A stretch of DNA of 64,000 nt from Octopus bimaculoides (lineage: Eukaryota): assembly GCF_001194135.2 (NCBI RefSeq), contig NC_068981.1, forward strand, positions 18,408,251 to 18,472,250, given 5' to 3'. Shown here piece by piece: positions 40,922 to 52,794 of this stretch; the stretch's first letter is position 1; each line of letters begins with the position of its first letter. A program made the position numbers and the translations under genes. The notes under the pieces are model-generated. The model was given only the letters and a program-made list of their open reading frames with translations. It was not told the DNA's origin and did not search any database.

Positions 40922-40969
40922 TCTTACAGCTGTTTCCAGGATATTTCATATGTATCCCTTCATCGGAGA
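40922..40969 (-). ncRNA. Minimal type-I hammerhead ribozyme (CCGAUGA core variant)
   Basis: Minus strand reads tct-CCGATGA-agggata(catatgaaa)tatcctg-GAAA-cagct-GTA-aga. Confidence 0.7.
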
Positions 40970-41370
40970 TGGTGTGAGAGAATGGTTAAGCAATAATTAT
41001 TCTAGGTAAGATATGAAATAGATAGTGAAGTGGAGGAATGAAAATAGATGTGAGATATGCAGGGATATTGTATCTTCAGTTCCATTATTTCGGCAGAATG
41101 GTATATATATATAAGATTCTTGTACCTTGTGAATAAACCCTCCATTCAATAACACCGTCTACAAACTCTATGCTTGGAATGACCAATTTTAAGTACTATT
41201 GGAACTTACTCACAAGGTACAAGAATCTTATATGTATGCCATTCTGCCAAAATAATAGAACTACAGATACAATATCCCTGCATATCTCATGTCTATTTTC
41301 ATTCCTCTACTTCACTCTCTATTTCATATCTTATCTAGAATAACTATTGCTTAACCATTTTCTCACACCA

Positions 41371-41416
41371 TCTCTGATGAAGGGATATATAAAATATCCT
41401 GGAAACAGCTGTAAGA
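41371..41416 (+). ncRNA. Minimal type-I hammerhead ribozyme
   Basis: tct-CTGATGA-agggata(tataaaa)tatcctg-GAAA-cagct-GTA-aga. Intact core, 6-bp stem II, palindromic stem III (acagctgt), predicted cleavage after A41413. Confidence 0.8.
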
Positions 41417-41696
41417 CCTTCTATTTATAAAATGTCAGGTCACCAATGAGGCTCTACATGTCAGGTCACCTATGAGGCTCACATAAATGCTACTGGTAAC
41501 ATGTAATCCAGCACAACCTGTTGCATGGTCGGGTTGCCAGCGACTAACCTGGCACCCCCCACCAGGCTACCCTGGTGAGGAGGGTTGCTAGAAACCCAGC
41601 AGGATTAAAAACAAGACCTGTTGAAAGCTCGGATGGACCTAGTGCAGGCTCAACGGCTATCTAGCAATAGCATGGGTATGCAATCATGTTTGGATT

Positions 41697-41730
<34 letters not shown>

Positions 41731-42531
41731 NNNNNNNNNNNNNNNNNNNNNNNNNNNNNNNNNNNNNNNNNNNNNNNNNNNNNNNNNNNNNNNNNNNNNN
41801 NNNNNNNNNNNNNNNNNNNNNNNNNNNNNNNNNNNNNNNNNNNNNNNNNNNNNNNNNNNNNNNNNNNNNNNNNNNNNNNNNNNNNNNNNNNNNNNNNNNN
41901 NNNNNNNNNNNNNNNNNNNNNNNNNNNNNNNNNNNNNNNNNNNNNNNNNNNNNNNNNNNNNNNNNNNNNNNNNNNNNNNNNNNNNNNNNNNNNNNNNNNN
42001 NNNNNNNNNNNNNNNNNNNNNNNNNNNNNNNNNNNNNNNNNNNNNNNNNNNNNNNNNNNNNNNNNNNNNNNNNNNNNNNNNNNNNNNNNNNNNNNNNNNN
42101 NNNNNNNNNNNNNNNNNNNNNNNNNNNNNNNNNNNNNNNNNNNNNNNNNNNNNNNNNNNNNNNNNNNNNNNNNNNNNNNNNNNNNNNNNNNNNNNNNNNN
42201 NNNNNNNNNNNNNNNNNNNNNNNNNNNNNNNNNNNNNNNNNNNNNNNNNNNNNNNNNNNNNNNNNNNNNNNNNNNNNNNNNNNNNNNNNNNNNNNNNNNN
42301 NNNNNNNNNNNNNNNNNNNNNNNNNNNNNNNNNNNNNNNNNNNNNNNNNNNNNNNNNNNNNNNNNNNNNNNNNNNNNNNNNNNNNNNNNNNNNNNNNNNN
42401 NNNNNNNNNNNNNNNNNNNNNNNNNNNNNNNNNNNNNNNNNNNNNNNNNNNNNNNNNNNNNNNNNNNNNNNNNNNNNNNNNNNNNAAATAACAAAAGTAT
42501 ATATTAGTATGACGCTCGGGAATACGGAAAG

Positions 42532-42568
42532 TCTTTGACGTTTCGAGCTACGCTCTTCAACAGAAAGA
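42532..42568 (-). ncRNA. Minimal type-I hammerhead ribozyme with A6U core change
   Basis: Minus strand reads tcttt-CTGTTGA-a-gagc(gta)gctc-GAAA-c-GTC-aaaga. 5-bp stem I and 4-bp stem II. Confidence 0.7.
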
Positions 42569-44479
42569 ATACGGAGACAAGGAGAAAAACACGGAGAAAA
42601 AAAATTGAATAGTGTTCAGTCAACGGTCAATCATGTGTGTGTGTTTGTGTGTCTGTGTTTGTCCCCCCACCATCGCTTGACAACCGATGCTGGTGTGTTT
42701 ACGTCCCCGTAACTTAGCGGTTCGGCACAAAGAGACCGATAGAATAAGTACTAGGCTTACAAAGAATAAGTTCTGAGGTCGATTTGCTCGACTAAAGGCG
42801 GTGCTCCAGCATGGCTGCAGTCAAAATGACTGAAACTAGTAAAAGATAGTAAGAGACCCGCTACTAGAAGGAAGTTACCTTTATCTGGCCCAAATATTAC
42901 ATTGTGCATATCTGTGTATTATACACAGTATTAAATTCTTCATAGTTTATTATGCAATGTCTAAGCAATATACTGCAAATCTCATTGTGACATATGCGAT
43001 ATTAAAATCATTTCTCAAGTGCACTGCAACATATATCGTAGTATCCAAGTGATAAAGCTATCATGCAACATCTGTCATAGCTGATATGACACAGACTGCA
43101 TGCAATTTGCATCAGGTTGCATATATTGAAATGCTGCACGATCCGTACATGCAATTGTAATGCAGTATTCAGTGCATTATATAATTTTATCGTTTATTTG
43201 TTTCGGTCATTGAACTGTGGCCATGCTGGAGTCACTGCCCTGAAGGTTTTTATTCAAATTGACCTCAGGGAGTTATTATGTTTTTAAGGTTAGCGTTTAG
43301 TGTTTGGTGTTTAATGTATTGTTCTCTTTTGTTGTACTGCTAAGTTACAGGGAAGCAGACAAACCAGCGACTGTTGTCACATGGTGAGTAGACAAAGCCA
43401 AGCACACACACACACACACACACNNNNNNNNNNNNNNNNNNNNNNNNNNNNNNNNNNNNNNNNNNNNNNNNNNNNNNNNNNNNNNNNNNNNNNNNNNNNN
43501 NNNNNNNNNNNNNNNNNNNNNNNNNNNNNNNNNNNNNNNNNNNNNNNNNNNNNNNNNNNNNNNNNNNNNNNNNNNNNNNNNNNNNNNNNNNNNNNNNNNN
43601 NNNNNNNNNNNNNNNNNNNNNNNNNNNNNNNNNNNNNNNNNNNNNNNNNNNNNNNNNNNNNNNNNNNNNNNNNNNNNNNNNNNNNNNNNNNNNNNNNNNN
43701 NNNNNNNNNNNNNNNNNNNNNNNNNNNNNNNNNNNNNNNNNNNNNNNNNNNNNNNNNNNNNNNNNNNNNNNNNNNNNNNNNNNNNNNNNNNNNNNNNNNN
43801 NNNNNNNNNNNNNNNNNNNNNNNNNNNNNNNNNNNNNNNNNNNNNNNNNNNNNNNNNNNNNNNNNNNNNNNNNNNNNNNNNNNNNNNNNNNNNNNNNNNN
43901 NNNNNNNNNNNNNNNNNNNNNNNNNNNNNNNNNNNNNNNNNNNCACTTACACACACACACACACACACACACGTGCATACACAAATATGATAGGCTTCCA
44001 CACAGTTTCTTATTTCTTTATTGCCCACAAGGGGCTAAACATAGAGGGGACAAACAAGGACAGACAAAGGGATTAAGTGCATAACTGGTGCTTAATTTAT
44101 CAACCCTGAAAGGATGAAAGACAAAGTCAACCTCGGTGGAATTTGAACTCAGAACATAAAGACAGATGAAATACTACTAAGCATTATGCCCGGTGTACTA
44201 ACGTCTCTGCCAGCTCACCGCCTTCCACACAGTTTCTGTTTACCAAATTCACTTACAAAACACTGGTGGGGGCAGGGCTATAGCAGAAGAGTACTTCCCC
44301 AAGTGACATGAACCAGAACTGAACCTGAAACCATGCGGATGCAAAGCAAGTTCCTTAACCACACAGCCATATGTGCACCTTCATCTGTATTACAATCTAC
44401 CCCACAAAAAGTGATGATACATTTATACATATGCTGCTGTTGCACCTGACATTGCACCAAACACTGCCACTGCAAAAAA

Positions 44480-44975
44480 GATCTCTTATGCAATTGATTA
44501 ATGTCACCTGACTGGCACCCGTGCTGGTGGCACGTAAAAAGCACTATTTGAGTGTGATTGTTGGCAGTGCTGTCTGACTGGCTCCCATGGCGGTGGCATG
44601 TAAAAAGCACCATATAAGTGTAGTCATTGCCAGTGCCACCTGTCTGGTCCCATGCTGGTAGCATGTAAAAAGCACCATACCGCCTGACTGCCGCCCCCCC
44701 GCCCCATGCTGGTGGCACGTAAAAAGCACCATTCGATCATGGTTGATACCAATACCACCTGACTGCCCCCCCAACCCATGCTGGTGGCATGTAAAAAGCA
44801 CCCACTACACTCCTAGAGTTGTTGGCGTTAGGAAGGGCATCCAGCTGTAGAAACCTTGCCAGATCAGATTGGAGCCTGGTGCAGCCTCGTGGCTTGCCAT
44901 TCCTCAGTCAAACCATCCAACCCATGCCAGCATAGAAAGTGGACGTTAAACAATGATGATAATGATGATGATGAG
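44480..44975 (+). mobile_element. Repeat family C copy with expanded internal tandem array
   Basis: About five variable units of the form CACCTGACTGGC.CC.GTGCTGGTGGCA.GTAAAAAGCAC precede the conserved block and (GAT)n tail. Confidence 0.8.
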
Positions 44976-45267
44976 AACTTGCAAACCTTCAAATCCCTTC
45001 TAAAGGGAGAACCCTCATGTAATTGATAGAATAATAATAAATAGCAACCACTTAAATACCCTCAAATGAGGGGAGTCAATAAAAGCTCTAGAAATAGTAG
45101 CCTCTTAAACCTCCTCTAATGAAAGATGCATTATGGTGTTGATAAAAGAATTAGGAAAAAGCTGCCCCTCAAATCCTTACAAATGAGGGACTCCTTATGT
45201 AGTTGATAAAAGTATCAGAAAAAGCAACCCCTCAAATCTCCTCAGGTTATTTATTTAAATATTGTTT

Positions 45268-45670
45268 GGCTGTGTGGTAAGTAGCTTGCTTACCAACCAC
45301 ATGGTTCCGGGTTCAGTCCCACTGCGTGGCATCTTGGGCAAGTGTCTTCTACTATAGCCTAGGACCGACCAAAGCCTTGTGAGTGAATTTGGTAGATGGA
45401 AACTGAAAGAAGCCAGTCATATATATATATATATATTTATGTATGTGTGTGTATATGTTTGTGTGTTTGTATTTGTCCCCCCAACATCGCTTGACAACCG
45501 ATGCTGGTGTGTTTATGTCCCTGTAACTTAGTGGTTTGGCAAAAGAGACCGATAGAATAAGTACTAGCCTTACAAAGAATAAGTCCTGGGGTCAATTTGC
45601 TCGACTAAAAGTGGTGCTCCAGCATGGCAGCAGTCAAATGACTGAAACAAGTAAAGGAGTAAAAGAGTAA
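45268..45670 (+). mobile_element. SINE family A copy
   Basis: Full copy. Further + strand copies lie at about 38590-38750, 42640-42845, 52066-52435 and 57075-57470. Confidence 0.85.
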
Positions 45671-46062
45671 ATAGAGTAAGAAAAGAAGAAATTATATAAT
45701 TTAATCAAAGATATTTCTTGGAAAACAAGACAGAAATAGCTGGAAGTAGTTGACGATAGGTTTACTTCCCTTGCAGTTAACTCTTTAGCATTTAAATTAG
45801 CCATATCTGGCCAAAATACTCTACCTATTTTGTGTTCAAACTAACCAGATCTGGCCTCTCACACCTATCCTATCTTTAAAATAAACAATCACATCATTGA
45901 AAGCTTGAAGCTACAACATAATGCTTGGTTAATTTAAAAACAATATGAATAAATAAACTTTGCGTTCGACAGAGTAATCTGAATGCTAAAAGGCTTAAGC
46001 AACACTACTATCAACAACTGAAACAAATATTGCATTACTGTTATTGGGTACCACAACACAGA

Positions 46063-46233
46063 GTGGTACCACTTCACACTGTGGTACCACTTCACACTGT
46101 GGTACCACTTCACACTGTGGTACCGCTTCACACTGTGGTACCACTTCACACTGTGGTACCACTTCACACTATGGTACCACTTCACACTATGGTACCACTT
46201 CACACTGTGGTACCACTTCACAATGTGGTACCA
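46063..46233. repeat. 18-bp minisatellite GTGGTACCACTTCACACT, about 9.5 copies
   Basis: Direct reading shows units every 18 nt from 46063, with few substitutions. Confidence 0.95.
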
Positions 46234-47057
46234 ACTCATTTGATGTAGAATGTCGAATATAGTGCAGCAAAATACTTCAGTGTCTTGTACTATACTTAAA
46301 CGTTATAGTATAGTACGTAGTGGTGCAGTTTTTACTAATGCAGTGTAAGAACTTAGTGCACTTTGTGTGCGTTTGGTGGCACTGTATAACACCGCAATGT
46401 ACTGAATGGTAGTGCAGTGTAAGAACATAGAGCAGTGTGTGTAGGTGTGTGCTACAGTGTATCTCAATTAAACAGGTTGTAGTGGTACTGTGTAAATACA
46501 GTGCGGTACCACTCTATACTGCATCCCAAGACACTATACAACAGTGTTACACTGTAGCACCTCTTATTTCACTGTTCCACTAGACATTGCTTTGTTACAC
46601 TGCACATATCAAAGAAATTCTGTGTCTCATTGACTGGAGCACTTTGTGAAAATGTGAAGTGACTGCTGTTGCCATGGATACCTGTTGATCATTGTTCTGT
46701 GATACTATGAAGATAAAAGTGATGTCATCATCTTCTTCGTTGCCATTGGTTACTTTAGAGATGTTTGATAGACAGCAGTTGGCAAGATAAAACAGCAGAC
46801 TGGTGTGATATCTCTGCTAATCTGTTATATAACACCCATGTAAAGCAACAAAAAGACAAAAATAACAACATACTCATACAGCTACTAATACGCATACATT
46901 TGTACATACACAGGAGGCATACTTGAGGATGCACACATATACTTGAATATACATATGAACATGCATACACATGCACTCAAACACATTCACTCATTTAGAT
47001 GAGTAGTTGGAATTTATACTCATTTAAATGTATACATATATATATATATATATATAT

Positions 47058-47380
47058 ATCATCATCATCATCATCATCATCGTTTAACGTCCGCTTTCCA
47101 TGCTAGCATGGGTTGGACGATTTGACTGAGGACTGGTGAAACCGGATGGCAACACCAGGCTCCAGTCTAATTTGGCAGAGTTTCTACAGCTGGATGCCCT
47201 TCCTAACGCCAACCACTCAGAGAGTGTAGTGGGTGCTTTTACGTGTCACCCGCACGAAAACGGCCACACTCGAAATGGTGTCTTTTATGTGCCACCTGCA
47301 CAAGCCAGTCCAGGGGCACTGGCAACGATCTCGCTCGAAAATCCTACGGGAGCCAGTCAGGCGGTACTGGCAACGGCCAC
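47058..47380 (-). mobile_element. Young repeat family C copy (runs into gap)
   Basis: Nearly identical to 31700-32030. Confidence 0.85.
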
Positions 47381-49072
47381 NNNNNNNNNNNNNNNNNNNN
47401 NNNNNNNNNNNNNNNNNNNNNNNNNNNNNNNNNNNNNNNNNNNNNNNNNNNNNNNNNNNNNNNNNNNNNNNNNNNNNNNNNNNNNNNNNNNNNNNNNNNN
47501 NNNNNNNNNNNNNNNNNNNNNNNNNNNNNNNNNNNNNNNNNNNNNNNNNNNNNNNNNNNNNNNNNNNNNNNNNNNNNNNNNNNNNNNNNNNNNNNNNNNN
47601 NNNNNNNNNNNNNNNNNNNNNNNNNNNNNNNNNNNNNNNNNNNNNNNNNNNNNNNNNNNNNNNNNNNNNNNNNNNNNNNNNNNNNNNNNNNNNNNNNNNN
47701 NNNNNNNNNNNNNNNNNNNNNNNNNNNNNNNNNNNNNNNNNNNNNNNNNNNNNNNNNNNNNNNNNNNNNNNNNNNNNNNNNNNNNNNNNNNNNNNNNNNN
47801 NNNNNNNNNNNNNNNNNNNNNNNNNNNNNNNNNNNNNNNNNNNNNNNNNNNNNNNNNNNNNNNNNNNNNNNNNNNNNNNNNNNNNNNNNNNNNNNNNNNN
47901 NNNNNNNNNNNNNNNNNNNNNNNNNNNNNNNNNNNNNNNNNNNNNNNNNNNNNNNNNNNNNNNNNNNNNNNNNNNNNNNNNNNNNNNNNNNNNNNNNNNN
48001 NNNNNNNNNNNNNNNNNNNNNNNNNNNNNNNNNNNNNNNNNNNNNNNNNNNNNNNNNNNNNNNNNNNNNNNNNNNNNNNNNNNNNNNNNNNNNNNNNNNN
48101 NNNNNNNNNNNNNNNNNNNNNNNNNNNNNNNNNNNNNNNNNNNNNNNNNNNNNNNNNNNNNNNNNNNNATATATATATATATATATATAGGGATCTAGCT
48201 TGACCTTACCTGAGATTTGAAACCAAATCCACCCACTTGTTGCTTGTCAAAAAGAGTGGGGGAGTGGGCCGAATCCTCTCCACACTAGATGATTGATGAT
48301 GAAACATTCAACACCTGTGCTGGTCAAGGAAAGGTCAGTCCTTTGTTCAGCATTTGACCTACATTACTGACCATAGTCTTTATAGCAGAGAACACTTCCT
48401 GTCTGTCTGTCTGTCTGTATCTCTTTTTTATGTCAGCAGACCAAGGAGCAACATGGTCTTTTGTGTCAGCCAGACCAACGAGCAACACATCAGCCATGAC
48501 CAAGAACAACACTTTCCTCAGCTGCATGAAAGATGATGCCACCTTTATCCTTTCTTCCTTTCTAGTCAGCACCGTGCATTCCTTACTCTTTCACCCTCTA
48601 CTAACAGACAACCTTTTTCTACACTATTAACTACTAACCAGCGAGCCAAACCTGTTGTCATTATCACTAAAATTGCTACTGTCTCTTTAACTACCTGTCA
48701 GAAAAACACATAAATATATGTAAATAATATTTCTTCCTTCTTGGTGTTGATTCTTTGATGTTCACTGGTTATTCCGACGCAAGAACCTTGAAGTGTTACG
48801 TCTACACACTACATTTAGTAGTGGACTACATCGTATCAACCTGATATCACATCTCACATCCAGCCCGCTACATATAAATACACATGATATCATCAATTTT
48901 AAAATTTATCCACAGATGATATGAACAATAGTGACATCTGATTTCAAATCTCAGTGTTTCAATGTTTTGCTTATAAATTTTTATGCACCATGTGCTCTGT
49001 TTTTGGCGCAAAACAAAACCAGTTGCACTGTCAGAGTTTAACGTGACAGTTATGGATTATTAACCCAGTAGG

Positions 49073-49127
49073 CCACACTGATGAGGCTCAGGGTTTAAAT
49101 ACCCAAAAACCGAAACCTGGTTTGTGG
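49073..49127 (+). ncRNA. Minimal type-I hammerhead ribozyme
   Basis: ccaca-CTGATGA-gg(ctcagggtttaaatacccaaaaa)cc-GAAA-cctg-GTT-tgtgg. Perfect 5-bp stem I and intact core. Confidence 0.75.
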
Positions 49128-49547
49128 ATGTCCCTAATTGCATATTTTTATTTTATGCTGTAAAATGTTTTAATTCTTTCTGTTTTCCTCGCATACTGTT
49201 TTTCTCTGTTATCTTGGTGTGGTATGGTGGATTAATTTAAGACTTTAGCTCTTATTTCTAGCAGGTGTGTGCTTTTTAAGCAATATTACTCTTCATGCAA
49301 ATTTATAATTCATAGCTATATAATGCTATTGTGCCTGCAATCCACCCATGTCACTGCTGGTGATATAATCAATTTTATAATTTATCCACAGGTGATATGA
49401 ACAGTAGTGACATCTGATTTCAAATCTAAGTGTTTGAATATTTTGCTTATATATATGTATATATATATGTATGTGAGTGTGTGTGTGTGTGTGTTTGTAT
49501 ATATTAGTACATTGGCAAAGAAAAATTTTTCTTTTTGCCCTTATTTA

Positions 49548-49579
<32 letters not shown>

Positions 49580-49895
49580 CTCGTTTAAATATATATATAT
49601 ATATATATACATGAACACACATAATTATACATTTACATAGACACGACCATACCTGTATGCATATACCTGTATTTGTACACTTGTATGCAGGTATATACAC
49701 ACATGCATATGTATATATGCTTCTATACAAATGTACAGATATTTGTACACACACACATTTATTCATATATTTATATATATATACACATACTCACACCTAT
49801 ATACATTTGTTGTTACACACGTGTATGTACATACATATTAACATGTCGTTTTATGTACTTCCATGAGCAAGCATACACATCTGTATTCATTACAT

Positions 49896-49928
<33 letters not shown>

Positions 49929-50039
49929 CACAAATAATTGTATGCATGCATGTATATACCTTTACACCAGGCTCACGCATTATTGTATGCATACATAGAC
50001 AATTGCATTTATACACTCAATGAGTGTATACAAACATTG

Positions 50040-50112
<73 letters not shown>

Positions 50113-50278
50113 GTGTACATTGCAACACTAACCAGTACACATGCATGAATATATATATAGTCGATTCAAACATGAACAAGCAAGAAAGAACACAAAAAAC
50201 ATGAAAAAACAACGACGCAAGGACGTGGAATAAGTACAGTGTTATTGGACGCACAGGAAAGGAAAGAAAAGAAAGAGG

Positions 50279-50313
50279 ATTTAACTTTTCGAGCAGAGCT
50301 CTTCGTCAGAAAT
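50279..50313 (-). ncRNA. Minimal type-I hammerhead ribozyme (stem III mismatch)
   Basis: Minus strand reads attt-CTGACGA-a-gagc(tct)gctc-GAAA-a-GTT-aaat. Confidence 0.65.
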
Positions 50314-50433
50314 ATATGAAAAGTCCATAGAAGTTAAGACAGAGAAAGAAAATCGCCAACAATGCACACACGGTCACATATTGGAATATATATATATATA
50401 TATATACATACATGCATATATGGGTACAGGATG

Positions 50434-50475
<42 letters not shown>

Positions 50476-50512
50476 AAAAAGAAAATGGAGGGGATACAAA
50501 AATGACATACAT

Positions 50513-50640
50513 CAGCTGGTAGACCTTCTATTATGTCTACTTATTCTAAAACATAATCATCATCATCATCATCATCATCGTTGATGATGATGATGATTAT
50601 GTTTTAGAATAAGTAGACATAATAGAAGGTCTACCAGCTG
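50513..50640. repeat. Perfect 59-bp-arm palindrome with 10-nt spacer
   Basis: 50513-50571 is the exact reverse complement of 50582-50640. Confidence 0.9.
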
Positions 50641-51607
50641 TATAATACATACACATGCAAAGACTGTGTGTTACACAAATATATGCTGCTGCTACTACTA
50701 CTAGTACTACTACTACTACTACTAGGTGGTGGTGGTGGTGGTGGTGGTGGTGATGGTGGTGGTGGTGGTGGTGATGATGATTGTGATGCTAATGATGATG
50801 AAGATGATGATGATGATGATGAAGGTGATGATGATGAAGATGACAGTGGTGATCATTATGATGAAGGTGATGATGATGATGATGAAGAAAGTGATGATGA
50901 CGATGGGGATGATGATGACGATGACAACAATGGTGATCATGATGATGATGAAGGTGATGATGACAACGGTGAAGCTGATGATGGTGATCATGATGATGAT
51001 GATGAGGAGGTTGATGATAATGATGATGGTGATGATGATGACGGTGATGATGATGATAAATGAACTAATAAGTTGCTACACTTTCCACTCTTATTCCCAT
51101 GTCCACTGTCCACCTCGTCTCTGAAGACAATTCAATGCATTAAAACTTTTAATGGTGGACTGGCAGAATTGTTAAAGCATCAAACAAAATATGGTTTCGT
51201 ACTTAAACCACAAAACTGCCTAAAAGCATATTTTGAAAATAGACATTTTAATGTCACTTTTTTTAAATATATTGTTGAAGCCATAGGGAAAAAGGAAATT
51301 TTCCAAAACTGGTACAAAGCCAATCCCTTCAATACTACTCCCCTTCTTTTAGTTGAGGGGGAGGTTTGTTTTGACCCTGTCAGCGTTGGTGCCACATAAA
51401 ATGTACTGGTGCTGGTGCCATGTAAAAAGCACCCGTTACACTCTGTAAAATGGTTGGTGTTAGGGAGGGTATCCAGCTGTGGAAACCAAGTTAAAACAGA
51501 CTAGGGAACCTGGTGTGGCCCCACTGGCTTTGCCAGTTCTTGTGAAACTGTCCAAAATGGGAAAATGTTGGACAGCATGGAAAATGGACATAAAATGATA
51601 ACAAAGG

Positions 51608-51641
<34 letters not shown>

Positions 51642-52794
51642 ATCTTTGTGATTAAGAAGTTTGTTTTCTAAGAATGTGGTCATATTGGACAAGGGTCTTC
51701 TACCATAGCCCCAAGCAACCAAAGGCTTCTTTGGAGATTTTGTTGCCTGAAACTGAAAGAAACCTATCATTCATATATATATANNNNNNNNNNNNNNNNN
51801 NNNNNNNNNNNNNNNNNNNNNNNNNNNNNNNNNNNNNNNNNNNNNNNNNNNNNNNNNNNNNNNNNNNNNNNNNNNNNNNNNNNNNNNNNNNNNNNNNNNN
51901 NNNNNNNNNNNNNNNNNNNNNNNNNNNNNNNNNNNNNNNNNNNNNNNNNNNNNNNNNNNNNNNNNNNNNNNNNNNNNNNNNNNNNNNNNNNNNNNNNNNN
52001 NNNNNNNNNNNNNNNNNNNNNNNNNNNNNNNNNNNNNNNNNNNNNNNNNNNNNNNNNNNNNNNNNGCTTACCAACCACATGGTTCCGGGTTCAGTCCCAC
52101 TGTGTAGGATCTTGGGCAAGTGTCTTCTACTATAGCCTTGGGCCGACCAAAGCCTTGTGAGTGGATTTGGTAGGCGGAAACTGAAAGGAGCCCGTTGTAT
52201 ATATGTATATATATGTATGTGTGTGTATATGTTCGTGTGTCTGTGTTTGCCCCCCCCCCAATCGCTTGACAACCGATGCTGGTGTGTTCACGTCCCCGTA
52301 ACCTAGCGGTTTGGCAAAAAAGACTGATAGAATAAGTACTAGGCTTACAAAGAATAAGTCCTTGGGTTGATTTGCTTGACTAAATGCAGTGCTCCAACAT
52401 GGCCACGGTCAAACGACTGAAACAAATAACAGAATAAAAGAATATATACATGTATGTATGTATGTATCTATATATGTATATATGTTTGTATGTATGTATG
52501 TACGTACGTATGTGTATATTTCTGCATATGTCTGTGTACCCTTCTCCTGACATCACTTGATGGTCGTAAATGAACATCACTGTCATACAAGTGAGGTTGT
52601 TTGTTTCTTGTCTTCCATGAAAAAACACGTCTAGCTGTGAGAAAGTATCACCTTGCTTGGAAACGGGTGAGAGTTGGTGATGGGGAAAGCATCCAGCCAT
52701 AGAAGAATTTGCCTCAACAAATTCCAGTCGATCCATGAAGGCATGGAAAAGTGGACATTAAATGACGATGACGATGATAATGATAATGATATCT

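Larger units (their letters stand above)
40908..41435. mobile_element. Inverted pair of PLE pseudo-LTR-like segments (arms about 40908-41136 and 41206-41435, spacer about 69 nt)
   Basis: The two arms are reverse complements over about 230 bp with scattered substitutions, and each carries a hammerhead near its outer end. Confidence 0.75.

Noticed and set aside
44480-44820. CRISPR-like spaced repeats (also the 18-bp array at 46063)
   Set aside because: Eukaryotic context, no cas genes. The 44.5-kb units are the LINE 3' UTR array with homologous spacers, and the 46-kb array has no spacers.
50668-51124. Poly-Gly/Asp acidic ORF; likewise poly-Ile/Ser/Met ORFs at 59891-60446
   Set aside because: Trinucleotide repeat tracts with no splice or domain support.
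51073-51399. 108-aa non-repetitive ORF
   Set aside because: Contains a decayed SINE B head and runs into family C; no recognisable domain.
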